This document shows positions 48,640-60,582 of a stretch of DNA of 64,000 bases, piece after piece (within the stretch, counting starts at the first letter, position 1; each line of letters opens with the position of its first letter). Source of the DNA: an uncultured Candidatus Rokubacteria bacterium (GTDB lineage: Bacteria; Methylomirabilota; Methylomirabilia; Rokubacteriales; CSP1-6); NCBI GenBank assembly GCA_963771355.1, contig CAVYTA010000006.1:1-64000 (forward strand), read 5' to 3'. The translations under genes and the position numbers were made by a program. The notes below the pieces were generated by a model. The model was not told where the DNA came from. It was given only the letters and a program-made list of their open reading frames with translations, and made no database searches.

Positions 48640-49436
48640 CCCACGGCTTTCGCGTAGCGCAGCAGGGGGGCGGGGAACGAGCGCTTGGTGGCGAGCCGGA
48701 TGGCGCGGTCGAGGGCCACCCAGCACATGACCCGCGAGAACAGGAACTCCTGGCGCCCGCTGCGCACTTCCCAGATGCGTTCGTCCGGCCGGCGCCAGTT
48801 CTCGCTACCCTCGAGATGGGGCTAGGCCTCCTCGGGCAGCGAGTGACGGCCGTCGAGCCCGTACATGACCTGGAGGGAGCCGTCTGGCGCGAGCTCCTCG
48901 CAGCGGGCCATCACCCAGCGCATGAAGGCGGCCGCCTCGTCCGTGTAGCCGAGGCGCATCAGCCCGTAGAGAGTGAATGACGAGTCGCGGAGCCAGGTGT
49001 AGCGATAGTCCCAGTTGCGCCCGAACCGTGCTGCCGCGAGGTGAGCAGCTTCAGCGTCAAGGCCGAGCGGTTCACCATTTCGCGCCAGCGGCCGGTAGGT
49101 GTTGCGCCGGACCTAGCGCGCCAGAAGTCACCGCCCGCTTGAAGGCGTCACTCGAATAGTCGGGCTGCGCCGAGGGCGACGGCTCCTGGGGGAGCACCAC
49201 CTCGAGGACGAACAGGCTGAGGTGTCGGCACTCAGGTGTGAACTCGGCCAGGGCCGCGCCGTACTCGAATCTGGAAGCGGCCGCCGCGCTCCGCGTCACG
49301 AGGGCGGCGAAGACCGACGGAGAGTCGAAGTGGGGCAGGCAGAGGAAATCGATGGAGCCGTCATGCCACCAGGGCGACGGTGTTGAGGTCGCCGATGACG
49401 CCGTACTCGCCGATCGGCGCGTACTGATTTCAGCAT
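48640..49436 (-). pseudogene. glycoside hydrolase family 15 (trehalase/glucoamylase-like), multiply deleted
   Basis: disjoint motifs [44 protein letters not shown]...[12 protein letters not shown]. Confidence 0.85.
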
Positions 49437-50677
49437 TGCCCCGAGCCTAGCACGGGGGCGGGCTGGGGGAGGGGGCTCGGCTCCCTCGATTCCTTCGCGT
49501 CCGCCACCCACGGCAGCGCCATGAGGGCCCAAGCGACCATGACGACCTCCGAGTCGCCGAAGTTGTACTCGGAGAGGCCGCCACGAGAAAGCCCACGATC
49601 GCGGCCAGGCTGCCGACCACGAGCGCGCGCTCGCGCGCCGCAACCTCGGGCAGCCGTCGTAGCAGGCCGATGCCCTTGGCGACGAAGGCGGCCCAGATCC
49701 AGAGCCATGCCGCCAGGCCGAGCACCCCGCGCTCCACCAGGATCTGCAGCGGCGTGCTGTGCACGTGGCTCGTGCGCTTCTTAACCGCCTCCGGCAGCGC
49801 GTAGCTCGCGTATTCACGCTTGACCTCCCCCGGCCCCACCCCGAGCACCGGGTGCTGGCGCCACATCGTCAGCCCGCTGCGCCACATGTAGACCCGCTCC
49901 GTCACCGTGGGATCCTCGGGGATCGCCCATGGTCAGGACCCGCTGGCGCAGGTGCTGGGGACCGGCCAGTGCGGCGAGACCGAGCACGATGAGGCCGCCG
50001 AGCAGGAGCCACCGCCCCTTGCGGGTCATGGGGAGCAGCGCCAGCACACCCGCGGCGAATCCCATCGAGGCCCCCCGCGTGTAGGTCCCCAGCAAGCCGG
50101 CGAGCGAGACCAGCCAGGGGAGGATGGGCCAGCGCGGGAGCGCGGCTCCCGGCAGGAGCCGCGGCAGGGTGGCCAGCAGGACCAAGCTGAGCACGCCCGC
50201 CAGTGTCATGTAGATGCTGAAGAAGCCGCGGGCCCGATAGCAGCGATGGTAAAGCCAGGCGGGGGGGCCGTAGTCGGCAGCCGGGCCGGGGCAGGCGACT
50301 GTCTGCATCAGCCCGACGATCGCCGCGACCGTCATCACGAGGAGAAGGGCGGAGAGGAATCGGTGGCCGTCAGCGGGGCCGGGGAGCGCGTCGACGATCA
50401 CGTAGAGCGCGGCCACGAGCAGGAGGCCCTTGCAGGCGCCGAGCGCGGTGACCGGGTGCCCTGAGGCGAGCGCCGAGACGAGGCTCACCGCGCTGAAGGC
50501 CAGGACGGGCTGCCAGAGCGGCCAGCGCGCCGCAGCGCGCGCCTCGGGATCGCGCAGGCGCCAGAGCCAGAGGAGGGTCAGCAGGGCCAGCGCGGACTGG
50601 GAAAGCGTGATCGACGTCCCGAGGCCCACGACGAATGCCCCGAGGACGGCGTGGCGGAGCATGGGCAAGTCGATCAC
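49430..50677 (-). CDS. O-antigen ligase family protein, frameshifts near 49915 and 49580
   Basis: multi-TM; TYTRG, ERVYMW...HPVLGVG, HVHSTPLQILVERGVLG. Confidence 0.85.
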
Positions 50678-50689
50678 ACCGGGGTCGGG

Positions 50690-51820
50690 CTACCCTCGAC
50701 CGTAGGCGGCCAATGTCTGGCTCGCTGTCTTTTCCCACGAAAAGCCGCGGGCTCGCTCGAGGCCGCGCCGAGACAGCTCATGCCGCAAGGCCTCGTCCTG
50801 CCAGAGTCGCACCATGCCCTCGGCAATCGCATCGACGTCGCATGGGTCGACCAGCAAGCCGGCATCTTCAACGACCTCCGGCAGTGACGACACGTTGGAC
50901 GCCAGGACCGGTACGCCGCAGGCCATCGCCTCCAGCACCGGCAGCCCGAATCCCTCGTACAACGAGGGGTACACGAAGCCGCGCGCCCCATTGATGAGCG
51001 CCGGCCGGGCGCCGTCGGGGACGTAGCCGAGATACGACAGCCGCCCGGCTCTCTGCAGCCGCTCGATGCGGCGAGCGACTTCATCGCTCCCCCAGCCGTC
51101 GGCGCCAGCGATGACGAGCGGACCGATCCGGTTCCCGGCCAATTCGACCGCCTGCAAGAGCCGCAGCAGATTCTTGCGGGGCTCGAGCGTCCCCATGAAG
51201 AGCAAATAGCCGTGCTGCGCGAGATTCCAATGCGACAGGACCTTCTGTATATCCTCGGCTGGCAATGGCCGGAACGATCCGGCCGCCGCAAGGGGAACAA
51301 CACTGATGCGCTGGGAACGAACGCTGAATTGCTTGACGATGTCGTCCCGCGTCGCTGCCGAGTCCGCTAGGATGTGATCCGCGATGTCCAGAGAACGCGC
51401 GATTTCGTGCGTCATGCTGTTGACTCGGGCCCGTGGGTGCCATTCGGGGAACAGCACGACTGTCATGTCATGAATCGTCACCACCCGCCGTGCGCGCTTC
51501 ACGGCATGCGTGAATACGTAATTCGTCGCATGGTAGACATCGAAGGCGCCGATTCTTCGTTCGACGGGCGTGCCCAGGCCGAGCTTGCGCTGCGCGCGAA
51601 AGAGGAGAAAGCGGAATCGCCCCTCGCTCACCACGTGGACGCACTCCTCGGGAAACACGGGCGCCTCCCGCATGCGAAGAGAGCGGGTCAGGCGCGGGTA
51701 CATGACAACGTATTCGTGGGCCGGCCCCACGCGCGCGAGGGCCTTGATCAGGTGGTACGTGTACTGACCGATCCCCGCCCTGGGGGGTACGAGAGGGTAG
51801 CCGTCGAGCGCGATCTTCAC
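50690..51820 (-). CDS. GT4 glycosyltransferase
   Basis: [26 protein letters not shown]. Confidence 0.95.
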   Translation of the reverse strand: MKIALDGYPLVPPRAGIGQYTYHLIKALARVGPAHEYVVMYPRLTRSLRMREAPVFPEECVHVVSEGRFRFLLFRAQRKLGLGTPVERRIGAFDVYHATNYVFTHAVKRARRVVTIHDMTVVLFPEWHPRARVNSMTHEIARSLDIADHILADSAATRDDIVKQFSVRSQRISVVPLAAAGSFRPLPAEDIQKVLSHWNLAQHGYLLFMGTLEPRKNLLRLLQAVELAGNRIGPLVIAGADGWGSDEVARRIERLQRAGRLSYLGYVPDGARPALINGARGFVYPSLYEGFGLPVLEAMACGVPVLASNVSSLPEVVEDAGLLVDPCDVDAIAEGMVRLWQDEALRHELSRRGLERARGFSWEKTASQTLAAYGRG

Positions 51821-51935
51821 GCCATAGCCATCGGGTGAGCCTCGCTCATTCGAAGGTCATGTATACTGTCGCCGACCTTCCGACATCATGAAGCGCCCTG
51901 GTGAACGTATCTTCGAGCATCGCGAGAGCCACACA

Positions 51936-52715
51936 ATGGCACAGTTGAAGGCGAACGTGAAGCGGCTCCTTCTGGGATGGCGAGATGCCCGGCAAACGGC
52001 CGAGCCCGAACCGCCACCAAGCGAGCCGCCACTCGAGGGGCTTGCAGCGGAGTTGCTCGCGCGCGCGAAGCAGTACTACTGGTTTCACTCCATCGACCTC
52101 GGGAATGGGGTCATCACCCCCGGTGGCAAACCGTTCGAAGTGCTCCGCGCTGAAGGAGAGGCGGTCTTCGGCCCTCTGGATCTGCGCGGCAAATCGGTCC
52201 TGGACATCGGCGCCTGGAATGGCTACTTCAGCTTCGAGGCCAAGCGGCGGCTTGCGGCCCGAGTCCTGGCCACCGACCATCACTGCTGGACCCCGGAAGT
52301 CCAAGGAAGGACTACCTTCGACCTGGCCAGAGATGCGCTCAACCTCGAGATCGAATCACTTGACATCGACGTCCCCGAGCTGACCCCGGACCGCATCGGG
52401 CAGTTCGACGTCGTGCTCTTCCTTGGCGTTCTCTATCACCTGGTGGATCCGATCCGAGCGCTGCATAATGTGTTTGCTCTGACGAAGGACGTGGCGGTCG
52501 TCGAAACGCATCTCGACCTGCAGCGGCTCGGGCGTCCCGCGATGGTCTTCTATCCAGGGGCAGAGCTGAACAATGACCCAACGAACTGGTGGGGACCGAA
52601 CCGCGAATGCGTGGAGGCGCTGCTCAAGCTCGTCGGGTTCCGGCGGATCGTGTACCGGCACCATCCCACCGCCGATGATGCGCGGGGCATCTTCCACGCT
52701 TACAAGGAGACCTGA
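51936..52715 (+). CDS. class I SAM-dependent methyltransferase (DUF1698/CmoB-like)
   Basis: WFHSIDLG, VLDIGAWNG, FDVVLFLGVLYHL; start could be 51888. Confidence 0.85.
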   Translation: MAQLKANVKRLLLGWRDARQTAEPEPPPSEPPLEGLAAELLARAKQYYWFHSIDLGNGVITPGGKPFEVLRAEGEAVFGPLDLRGKSVLDIGAWNGYFSFEAKRRLAARVLATDHHCWTPEVQGRTTFDLARDALNLEIESLDIDVPELTPDRIGQFDVVLFLGVLYHLVDPIRALHNVFALTKDVAVVETHLDLQRLGRPAMVFYPGAELNNDPTNWWGPNRECVEALLKLVGFRRIVYRHHPTADDARGIFHAYKET

Positions 52716-52909
52716 GCGGGTCTGGCGGCGCTTCCTCATCGCCCCGCGCGCGCCTCGCGCACGCTAGCATGGACACCGTCGTTCGACGCTTCGGCGAGAT
52801 GACCGCGGCGAAGGTGGTCGCGCAGGAGCGCGCTCGCCGCCGCCTGCTTCCTCGCCGACGCGGGCCCCACCGCCCTACGCGACCGGGCTCGGCCCTTCAT
52901 CGGAGGACG

Positions 52910-53944
52910 CTACTTCCGCTGGCGAGCGTAGTCCGCGAGGAGCTCGGCCATCCGGCGCGCCCCGGCAGGGGAGAAGTGGCCGTCCCGCGGCAGCCAGAGC
53001 GAGGCATCGGCGGTCGTCAAGGATGAGGTGTCGAGCAAGGGCAGGCCGTAGGCCTTCGCCGTCGTCCGCAAGATCTCGTGGTCGCGTCGGCTGAAGGGCG
53101 AGATCGGCGCGATCACGAGCTGGGCACCGTGCTTCGCCGCCACGTACTGCATGTAGGCGATGGCCTTCTTCGTGTAGCGCCACTCGAGAGAGTTCTCCTC
53201 GTCGGGACCCTCTTCCGCGGGCGCGGCCAGGGCCGGGCCGACGCCGAGGCGCCACTTGAGCCAGCGGTAGGCCTTGACCACGTAGGATGCGCCCCCCAGG
53301 CGCCGGATCAGCGAGGGCGAGCGGGCTTGCGTCACGTCTGTCCGGGGCGGATACCGGATGCTCTCGACGGGCTGGTCGATGAAGGCCTGCATCTCCGCCC
53401 GAGTAAGGAACACCGTGAGGTCCGAGATGTCGTTGAACGAGAACATGTAGAAGACGACGCGCGGCCGGAAGACCCCGATGTACTCCGTGAGGAGGTACGC
53501 CTCCTGGAAGCTGCTGTCCCCCTGTCGGGCCAGGTTGACCACGGACCGTCCAGTGAGCTGCTCCAGGAAGGAGCCGACGGTAAATTCGAAGTCCACCCCG
53601 TGCCCGTAGATGAAGGAGTCTCCGAGCAGCATGATGTCGGCCGGGATAGCCGTCCGCTTGTTGCGGAACCCATATGCATCGGTCTCGTGGGTCCAGACGT
53701 ACCCGTTGTAGTACATCTGGGTCTTCATGTTGGGGATCATGAAGTGTATCCGGAGCTTGGGGTCCAGGTAGTAGATCCCTCCCGGGCGGGTGTGATACTT
53801 GCTCAGCACCCCGTTGGCGAAGACATCGCCGAGCAATGAGGGCTGGGCCCGAAGGACGAGCTCCAGGCCCAGCAGGCAGATGCCGGTCGAGACGATGAGC
53901 AGAAGGGCCCTGACCAGAACGGGGCGGAGCGAAGCGCTCAGCAT
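52910..53944 (-). CDS. membrane-anchored SGNH/GDSL hydrolase-like protein
   Basis: LLGDSFIYG, VNLA, ND, DGHFS. Confidence 0.8.
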   Translation of the reverse strand: MLSASLRPVLVRALLLIVSTGICLLGLELVLRAQPSLLGDVFANGVLSKYHTRPGGIYYLDPKLRIHFMIPNMKTQMYYNGYVWTHETDAYGFRNKRTAIPADIMLLGDSFIYGHGVDFEFTVGSFLEQLTGRSVVNLARQGDSSFQEAYLLTEYIGVFRPRVVFYMFSFNDISDLTVFLTRAEMQAFIDQPVESIRYPPRTDVTQARSPSLIRRLGGASYVVKAYRWLKWRLGVGPALAAPAEEGPDEENSLEWRYTKKAIAYMQYVAAKHGAQLVIAPISPFSRRDHEILRTTAKAYGLPLLDTSSLTTADASLWLPRDGHFSPAGARRMAELLADYARQRK

Positions 53945-54071
53945 GTCGGAGGCAGCCGCCCGCTCTGATTGGCCGCCCGCGACACCGGCCTCGGAATGGA
54001 TCTCCGGGGCCGGCCCCGGAGGCGTGCCGCCGGCGTCCCCGCCTGACCCTCCCTGCGGAGCAAGGCCCCGC

Positions 54072-54248
54072 CTAGAACAGCGCGTAGATGAGCAACCCGG
54101 CCTTCGTCCCGCCGAGGACCACCAGGATACCGAGGATCGTGATCGCCGCGAAGACCGGCATCAACCACCACATCCGGTAGGTTCTGAGGAAGTAGACGTA
54201 CTCGCTCAGGATGCCGGACCGACCGGCCTTTCTATTTCGCCTGCCCAT
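54072..54248 (-). CDS. DUF5989 (SxtK-like) small membrane protein
   Basis: FL...WWLMP...IYALF C-terminus. Confidence 0.85.
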   Translation of the reverse strand: MGRRNRKAGRSGILSEYVYFLRTYRMWWLMPVFAAITILGILVVLGGTKAGLLIYALF

Positions 54249-54661
54249 TAGCTCTGCCTCCTGAAGCTTGCCGCGTCCAGCGGGGGAACGTCCGCCAGCA
54301 TGCTTTCCTTCTTCCGGCACGCCTCGAAATTCCTCTCGAGACGATTCATGCCAAAGAGTCGGAGCATCGAACCAAGCCCGGCGATGACCACGGCGTACAG
54401 CACCAGCACGATCACCCACGAGACGACGTGCCCGATCGCCAGCGACAGCAGCATGAAGACCAGGAACACGTCACGGCCGATGGCACGGTAGGCAACGAAC
54501 CCCGCGAAGGCTACGGAGGCCAAGACGATCAGCACGAGACTCGGCGTCCGAGGCCCGAAGAGCCACCAGGTTCCCGCGGCAATCACGGCCAGCCCGATGC
54601 CGAGGACCAGGAGCTGCTGCTTTTCCGCTGCCGGCCCGCCCGAAAGATTCGGCGTTAGCAA
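54248..54661 (-). CDS. SxtJ-like membrane protein
   Basis: hydrophobic 137-aa ORF between carbamoyltransferase and DUF5989 genes. Confidence 0.7.
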   Translation of the reverse strand: MLTPNLSGGPAAEKQQLLVLGIGLAVIAAGTWWLFGPRTPSLVLIVLASVAFAGFVAYRAIGRDVFLVFMLLSLAIGHVVSWVIVLVLYAVVIAGLGSMLRLFGMNRLERNFEACRKKESMLADVPPLDAASFRRQS

Positions 54662-56487
54662 TCAAGCCTCCTGCGCGTCCACGGGATTCTCGGTCCGTGG
54701 CGGCGCCGCGAGATCGACTCCGGGCTTGACCATGACGCATGTATCAAGAACCAGGACATCGATCCCCGTCATCAGGAAACAGCGCAGGGCGTCCTCATGG
54801 TCGCAGACAATGGGCTCTCCGCGGACGTTGAAGCTGGTGTTGACGATCATGGGGCACCCCGTGAGCTTGTCGAACTCGCGGATGATCCGGTAGAACATGT
54901 CGTTCCGCTCCTCGGTCACCGTTTGGAGCCGAACCGAATAGTCCACGTGGGTAATGGCCGGGACCGGCGACCGGACCACCCGCAGCTTGCCGAGTCCTTG
55001 ACGTTCCGTGTTCTCCTTCTCCCCTCTCCGATGTGCGCTCAGCAGCGGCATCACGATGAGCATGTACGGGCTCGGGATGTCGATGTCGAAGTACTCCTTG
55101 ACCCGTTCCTCGAGCACCGCCGGGGCGAAGGGCCGGAAGGACTCGCGGTACTTGATCTTCAGGTTGATGCGCGACTGGTTCGCCGGGTCGCGTGGGTCCC
55201 CCAGGATGCTCCGCGCTCCGAGGGCCCGGGGGCCGAATTCCATGCGGCCGTGACAGAAACCCACCACATGCCCGGCCGCGAGCCACGTGGCCACCTTCAC
55301 GGGCAGCTCGTCTTCGGGGAGCTTCGTGTACTCGACCCCGATCGAATCCAAGAACGGGATGACCTTTGCATTGTCGATGCGGGGCCCGAGATAGGCACCC
55401 CGCATGCGGTCAGTCCCGATCTCCCTCCGCGGTTGTCCCATGACCTGATGCCACACGGCGAGGGCCGCGCCGATGGCGCCCCCCGCGTCACCCGCGGCCG
55501 GCTGGATGTAGATGTCCCTGAAACTCCCGTCGCGATAGATGGCACCATTGCCCACGCAGTTCAGCGCGACGCCCCCCGCCATGCAGAGCGTGTCGCGCCC
55601 CGTCATCTTCCTGGCCGTCCGGGCGAGTCGGAGCATGACCTCCGAGGCGATGTGCTGGACCGAGGCCGCCATGTCCATGTGGAACTGATCAAGCGCTTCA
55701 TCTGGCTGCGCGCCGGCCGCCCCAGATGCGCGGTCAACCGGCCGTTGATCATGCTCAAGCCGTGGGTGTAGTTGAAATAGTCGAGGTTGAGCGCAATCGA
55801 TCCGTCTTCCTTGAGGTCGAGCACTCGGCCCAGGAGCTTGTCGAGATATTTGGGCTCTCCGTACGGGGCCAGGCCCATCACCTTGTACTCGTCGGAATTG
55901 ACCTCGAAGCCCAGGTACTGGGTCATGGCGGAGTAGAAGAGCCCGATCGAGTGGGGGAAGCGCAGCTCCTTGATGAGCCGGATCGTATTGCCGTGCCCTT
56001 CACCGATGGACGCGGTCGCCCACTCACCGACTCCGTCGGCAATGACGATGGCCGCCTCCTCGAACGGGCTGCAGAAGAACGCCGAAGCGGCGTGAGACTC
56101 GTGGTGCCGGCTGAAGAAGATGTCCCCCTGGAAGCCCGGGATGCTCTCTTCGATCACCTTCGGCATCTTGAGTTTCTGCTTAATCCAGAGGGGAATCGCC
56201 CGCTTGAAAGACCCATAGCTCTGGAACGGATACTCCAGATACGTCTGGAGGAGCCGACTGAAGGTCAAGACGGGTTTGTCGTAGTAGGCGACGCAGCTCA
56301 GATCGGCCGCCTTGATACCGGCTTCCTCCAGGCAGAAAGCGACCGCGGCGGTGGGGAAGCGCTCATCACCCTTGCGGCGGGAAAACCGCTCCTCCTCGGC
56401 CGCCGCGACCAGCTCCCCATCCCGCAGGAGGCAGGCCGCGCTGTCGTGATAGAGGGCGGAGACCCCCAGGATATAAGTCGGCATCAA
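54662..56487 (-). CDS. O-carbamoyltransferase (NodU/CmcH family), frameshift near 55680
   Basis: HDSAAC, EEERFSR.K, HHESHAASAF, EYKVMGLAPYG, EFGPRALGARS, NTSFNVRGEP. Confidence 0.93.
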
Positions 56488-57551
56488 GGGCTTCCGAACC
56501 GGGATTGGCCTACTGCCGAGGCTTCTTTCCTCCCAATCACGACGAACAGCCCACCCTCCGTGTCCTCGAACATCTGGTGCACCTGGCTCAGGAGGCGATC
56601 CAGGTGCGACCCGCGCGGCTCGGGGTCGAAGAGAGAGCGCCGATAGTCCAGCGAGAATCGCGAGCCCAGCACGGTGCTTGGCAGGGCGCGGACGAACCGG
56701 ATCCCGTTCTGCTCGAACCAGCCGAGCACCTCATCGAGCGTGTGCAGCGACTCGTGTGGGTTGCGGTACTGGTCCATGAACCACGCGCGGCGCTTGTCCC
56801 GCGTGACGCCGTATTCGTTGATGTACGGATCGAGCGAGGCCACCCGCTCCCCCATCAGTCCGACCAGCCCGCGGCGGACTCGCGTCTTCAGACGGGCGTA
56901 GCGATTGTACAACCCGACGAGCAAATATCCGCCCGGGGTGACGAACGGCACGAGTCCGGCCAGTCCCCCGCGGGGATCCGCGGTGTGATGCAGCACGCCA
57001 GTGCAGATCACGACGTCGAAGCGTCCGGGCTGCAGCGGCAGCCGGAACAGGTTCATCTGGGCGAACGCCACATTGGCGAGCTCGTTGGCCCCCCGGAACC
57101 GCTCGGCCAGACGAAGCGAGTTCCAGCAGAGGTCCACCGAGAGCACCCTGCGACCCCCGATGCTGAGAAAGTTGCCAAGCTGCCCGGTCCCGCAGCCCAC
57201 TTCGAGCACCGTCGCGTTCGGCCGGATCGACCGGTTCAGCATCTCCGGAAATCCGCGGGCCACGCTCTTCTGGATCAGGGAGCCGACGTCATCCGTACCT
57301 TCGTAGTTGGGAAACGGGGTCTCCTCATAGAAGGCCTTGATCACCTGGGTGACATCGCCGGCAATGGGCTCGTGGGGCACAAAAGCCCTGAGGATGCCCG
57401 CTTCGATCGGGAACACGACCGTCGGATCAGCCTCGCTGACGTACGCATCTCCGACCCGACCCATTCGCTGTCCGGTCCGAGGACACCTGAGGAGATCCTC
57501 GATGCCGCTGACCCGCATGCCCCCGGTTCGAGCGATCGCCGGACTAGTCAT
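56484..57551 (-). CDS. SAM-dependent methyltransferase with Trm112-like N-terminus
   Basis: LRCPRTG, FYEETPFPNY, LEVGCGTG, GVLHHT. Confidence 0.88.
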   Translation of the reverse strand: MTSPAIARTGGMRVSGIEDLLRCPRTGQRMGRVGDAYVSEADPTVVFPIEAGILRAFVPHEPIAGDVTQVIKAFYEETPFPNYEGTDDVGSLIQKSVARGFPEMLNRSIRPNATVLEVGCGTGQLGNFLSIGGRRVLSVDLCWNSLRLAERFRGANELANVAFAQMNLFRLPLQPGRFDVVICTGVLHHTADPRGGLAGLVPFVTPGGYLLVGLYNRYARLKTRVRRGLVGLMGERVASLDPYINEYGVTRDKRRAWFMDQYRNPHESLHTLDEVLGWFEQNGIRFVRALPSTVLGSRFSLDYRRSLFDPEPRGSHLDRLLSQVHQMFEDTEGGLFVVIGRKEASAVGQSRFGSP

Positions 57552-57871
57552 TCTTCGTTACGATAACCTCATGGTCCTTGTGCAGCGGCGCAGTTCGCAC
57601 CTCCGCAACATGCGGACGCGGGGACGCTCAGGTCAAGAATGGTTGTAGCGCAACGTCGCGGAATTCGCAAGAGAATCATGCCGTCGGGACACATGCGATA
57701 CCGGTGTTCGTATGCACTGATCCTTCGGCGGAACAATACGATCCCAAGCAGGACAATACGCATCATGGGTTTTCAAAATGGACGGCAGGGGAATCAGAAT
57801 TTCTGGCAACCGTCCGACTTGACCGTCTCGCGGCCCCTGGATAGGATCTCGTGCCCGAAGGAGGCGAGCTC

Positions 57872-59363
57872 ATGACAGTGTCCGAGAGCGGTCGAGGGGC
57901 GGCCCGCGAGTACGCCGTGGTGATCCGCGGCGGGCGCGTGGTCGACCCCGGTCAGGACCTCGACGCCGCGCGGGACCTCGCCCTCGAGGGTGGAGTCATC
58001 GCCGCCGTCGGCACCGACCTGCGCGGCCGCGTCGTCCTCCATGCCGCGGGCTGCGTGGTCGCGCCGGGGTTCATCGACCTGCACAGCCACTCGCAGAGCG
58101 TGGGTGGGCATCGGTTGCAGGCCTTCGACGGCGTCACGACGACGCTCGAGCTGGAGGCGGGCGCGATCCCGGTGGCGGAGGCCTACGCGCGGGCGGAGGC
58201 CGAGGGCCGGCCCTTGAACTATGGCTATTCAGCCTCCTGGGCCGCCGCCCGGATCCAGGTGCTCGCCGGCCATCGCGGCGACGGGCGGGCGACGATCATG
58301 CTCTCTCACTTCGCCGACCCGGCGTGGCAGCGGGAAGCCACCGCCGCCGAGGAGGACCGCATCGTCGGGCTCCTGGAGGCCGAGCTGTCGGAGGGAAGCC
58401 TCGGCATCGGCGTGTTGGTGGGCTACGCGCCGGGCACGAGCCTCGGGGAGTACCTCCGCGTCGCGCGCCTCGCGGCCTCGAGCCGGGTGCCGACGTATAC
58501 GCACGCGCGGGATCTCGTCGACTTCGCTCCCGAGGCGCGCATGGACGGAGCCGAGGAGCTCGTGCGCGCCGCCGCCGAGACGGGCGCCCACATGCACTAC
58601 TGCCATGTGAACAGCACCTCGCTCCGCCATGTCGACCGGGTGCTCGCCTTGGTCGACCGGGTGCGGCGCGAGGGGCCATCGTCACCACGGAGGCCTATCC
58701 CTACGGCGCCGGGATGACGGCGATCGGGGCGGCGTTCCTCGCGCCCCACCGGCTGGCAGAGCGGGGCCTCCGGCCGACGGACCTCGTCTACGCGCCGACG
58801 AATGAGCGGGTGCGTGACGTCGAGCACCTGAGTCGCTTGCGCGCCCGAGACCCGGGGGGCCTCTGCATCGTGCACTTCTTCGATGAGACGAAGGCAAGTG
58901 ACGCGGCGGTGACGCGCGCGGCGCTGGTGTACGAGGACACCATGGTGGCCAGCGACGCGATGCCCCTGACCTGGCTCGGTGCGACCGCCGACGAGGTGTG
59001 GCCGCTGCCTCCGAACGCCATCACGCACCCGCGCAGGGCGGGGACCTTCGCCCGCTCCTTTCGGCGACTGGTCGGCGAGGGCATCCTCGGCGTCTCTGAG
59101 TTCATCCGGCGCGCGAGTCAGCTTCCCGCCGGCGTGCTGGCAGCGGCCAGCGGCGGTGCCGCGCGGAAGGGCACGCTCGCAGTGGGGGCCGACGCCGATG
59201 TCGTCGTCTTCGATCCGGATGCGTTCCGCGACCGGGCGACCTACGAGGCGTCGACCCTGCCGTCGACAGGGGTGCGGCATCTTCTGGTCGGTGGCGCGCC
59301 AGTAGTTCGTGACGGGGCGCTGGTGCTCGATGCCCGGCCGGGTCGACCTGTGCGAGGTCCTGA
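57872..59363 (+). CDS. amidohydrolase (D-aminoacylase-like), frameshift near 58675; stop uncertain
   Basis: PGFIDLHSH, ASDAMP, HPR.AGTF, GADADVVVFD, PGRPVR. Confidence 0.85.
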
Positions 59364-59403
59364 GGCGAGGGCGGCCGCTCTTGTCGGGAGGAGTGGTGAT
59401 CGG

Positions 59404-60582
59404 TCATTTGATGCTGTCCTCGTACTCGATCGGCGAGCGCCCGATACCCAGGATGTGATCGGCGAGTTTGACCGCCTCCTCCACTGTCGCCACGTTGAAC
59501 GCGGCGGTATCGAGGTGCAGCGCCTCGCCGTCGAATCCGAGGCGATCGGGTCGAAGCTTGATGGGCGGGCGCGGTTGGATACTCCGCGACTCGATCACGT
59601 CAGTGAGCCACGCGCTGAGGCGGCGATCATCAGCCGCCGATGTGCGAAGCGTGTCCAACGCGAGCTCGCCGGCATGTGGCAAAGCCGCAAGGCAGTGCCT
59701 GAGCAGCAGCTCACGGTCCAGGCGCAGGTCGGCGTCGCGCGGAAACAGCGCCGCCTTCGCGAACTGAAAGGAATCCGCCACCGGCACTTCGGGGAAGATG
59801 GGCAAGTCGGGAACGGTCGGGTGATGCGGCAGGCGACCCTCGTCGTTCAATCGCCGGAAGTCTTCGTCGAGGGGGGATCGACCACGGTGGAAGAGGTTCG
59901 CGATGCCAAAACTGCTGCCCGACGACCCCGCAATGTGCATCGGGACGCTGATCGACGGATATTGTCCGGCCAGGTAGCCGAGGGCGAAACCGGAGAACAC
60001 GTCAGGGTACCTATTCGCAAACACACGACCGGCGGCGCGGCGCAACCGGTCGATCAAGCTGCGGTGCACGACCGCGGTGTAGAGCATCGGCAGCCGCACA
60101 TACGACACCTCGAATCGAAGCACCGCCGCGATCGTCGATCTCGCGTCCAGCATCTTCAGGGTCCGCCGGAGCGGAAGTCGGAGGTAGTTTGCCGCGCCCG
60201 CCATGTTGATGTCGGGCCATGAGTAGAACGATGCCTCCCACCGAACCACCGGGGTTCTCAGCCGGTCCAGCAGGCGATCCAGTTCCGCGAGCGCGAACGG
60301 CATCAGCCCGTCGTCGTCGCCAAGCAGGAGAACGAACTCACCGCGGGCTTCGGAGACGGCGAGCTCCCAGTTATCGCTCATCGCGAGCGACCGCGGAGCG
60401 CGGATGTGACGGACGCGTCGCGACGCGACCTCGCCGACGACGGCGCGCGTCCGATCGGTGGTGCCGTTGTCGCAGACGACGATCTCGTAGTCGTCGAAGT
60501 CCTGATTGAGGCAGGTCGCCAGCGCGCAACGCAGGGTGTCCGGCCGCTCGCGGGTTGGGATGACGATGCTGAAGCGCGGCAT
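59404..60582 (-). CDS. GT2 glycosyltransferase
   Basis: FSIVIPTRER, VCDNG, LGDDDG. Confidence 0.9.
   Translation of the reverse strand: MPRFSIVIPTRERPDTLRCALATCLNQDFDDYEIVVCDNGTTDRTRAVVGEVASRRVRHIRAPRSLAMSDNWELAVSEARGEFVLLLGDDDGLMPFALAELDRLLDRLRTPVVRWEASFYSWPDINMAGAANYLRLPLRRTLKMLDARSTIAAVLRFEVSYVRLPMLYTAVVHRSLIDRLRRAAGRVFANRYPDVFSGFALGYLAGQYPSISVPMHIAGSSGSSFGIANLFHRGRSPLDEDFRRLNDEGRLPHHPTVPDLPIFPEVPVADSFQFAKAALFPRDADLRLDRELLLRHCLAALPHAGELALDTLRTSAADDRRLSAWLTDVIESRSIQPRPPIKLRPDRLGFDGEALHLDTAAFNVATVEEAVKLADHILGIGRSPIEYEDSIK

Noticed and set aside
54072..56487. Saxitoxin biosynthesis cluster
   Set aside because: Only sxtI/J/K-like genes are present; no sxtA/G/B or other core genes.
57552..57860. 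Structured RNA or riboswitch in the A/T-richer intergenic region
   Set aside because: No recognisable family motif or convincing hairpin by eye; would need an Rfam scan.
58324..60222. 632-aa ORF as a real extended protein
   Set aside because: Only the middle matches the amidohydrolase; the rest is antisense to the GT2 gene and probably reflects a lost stop.
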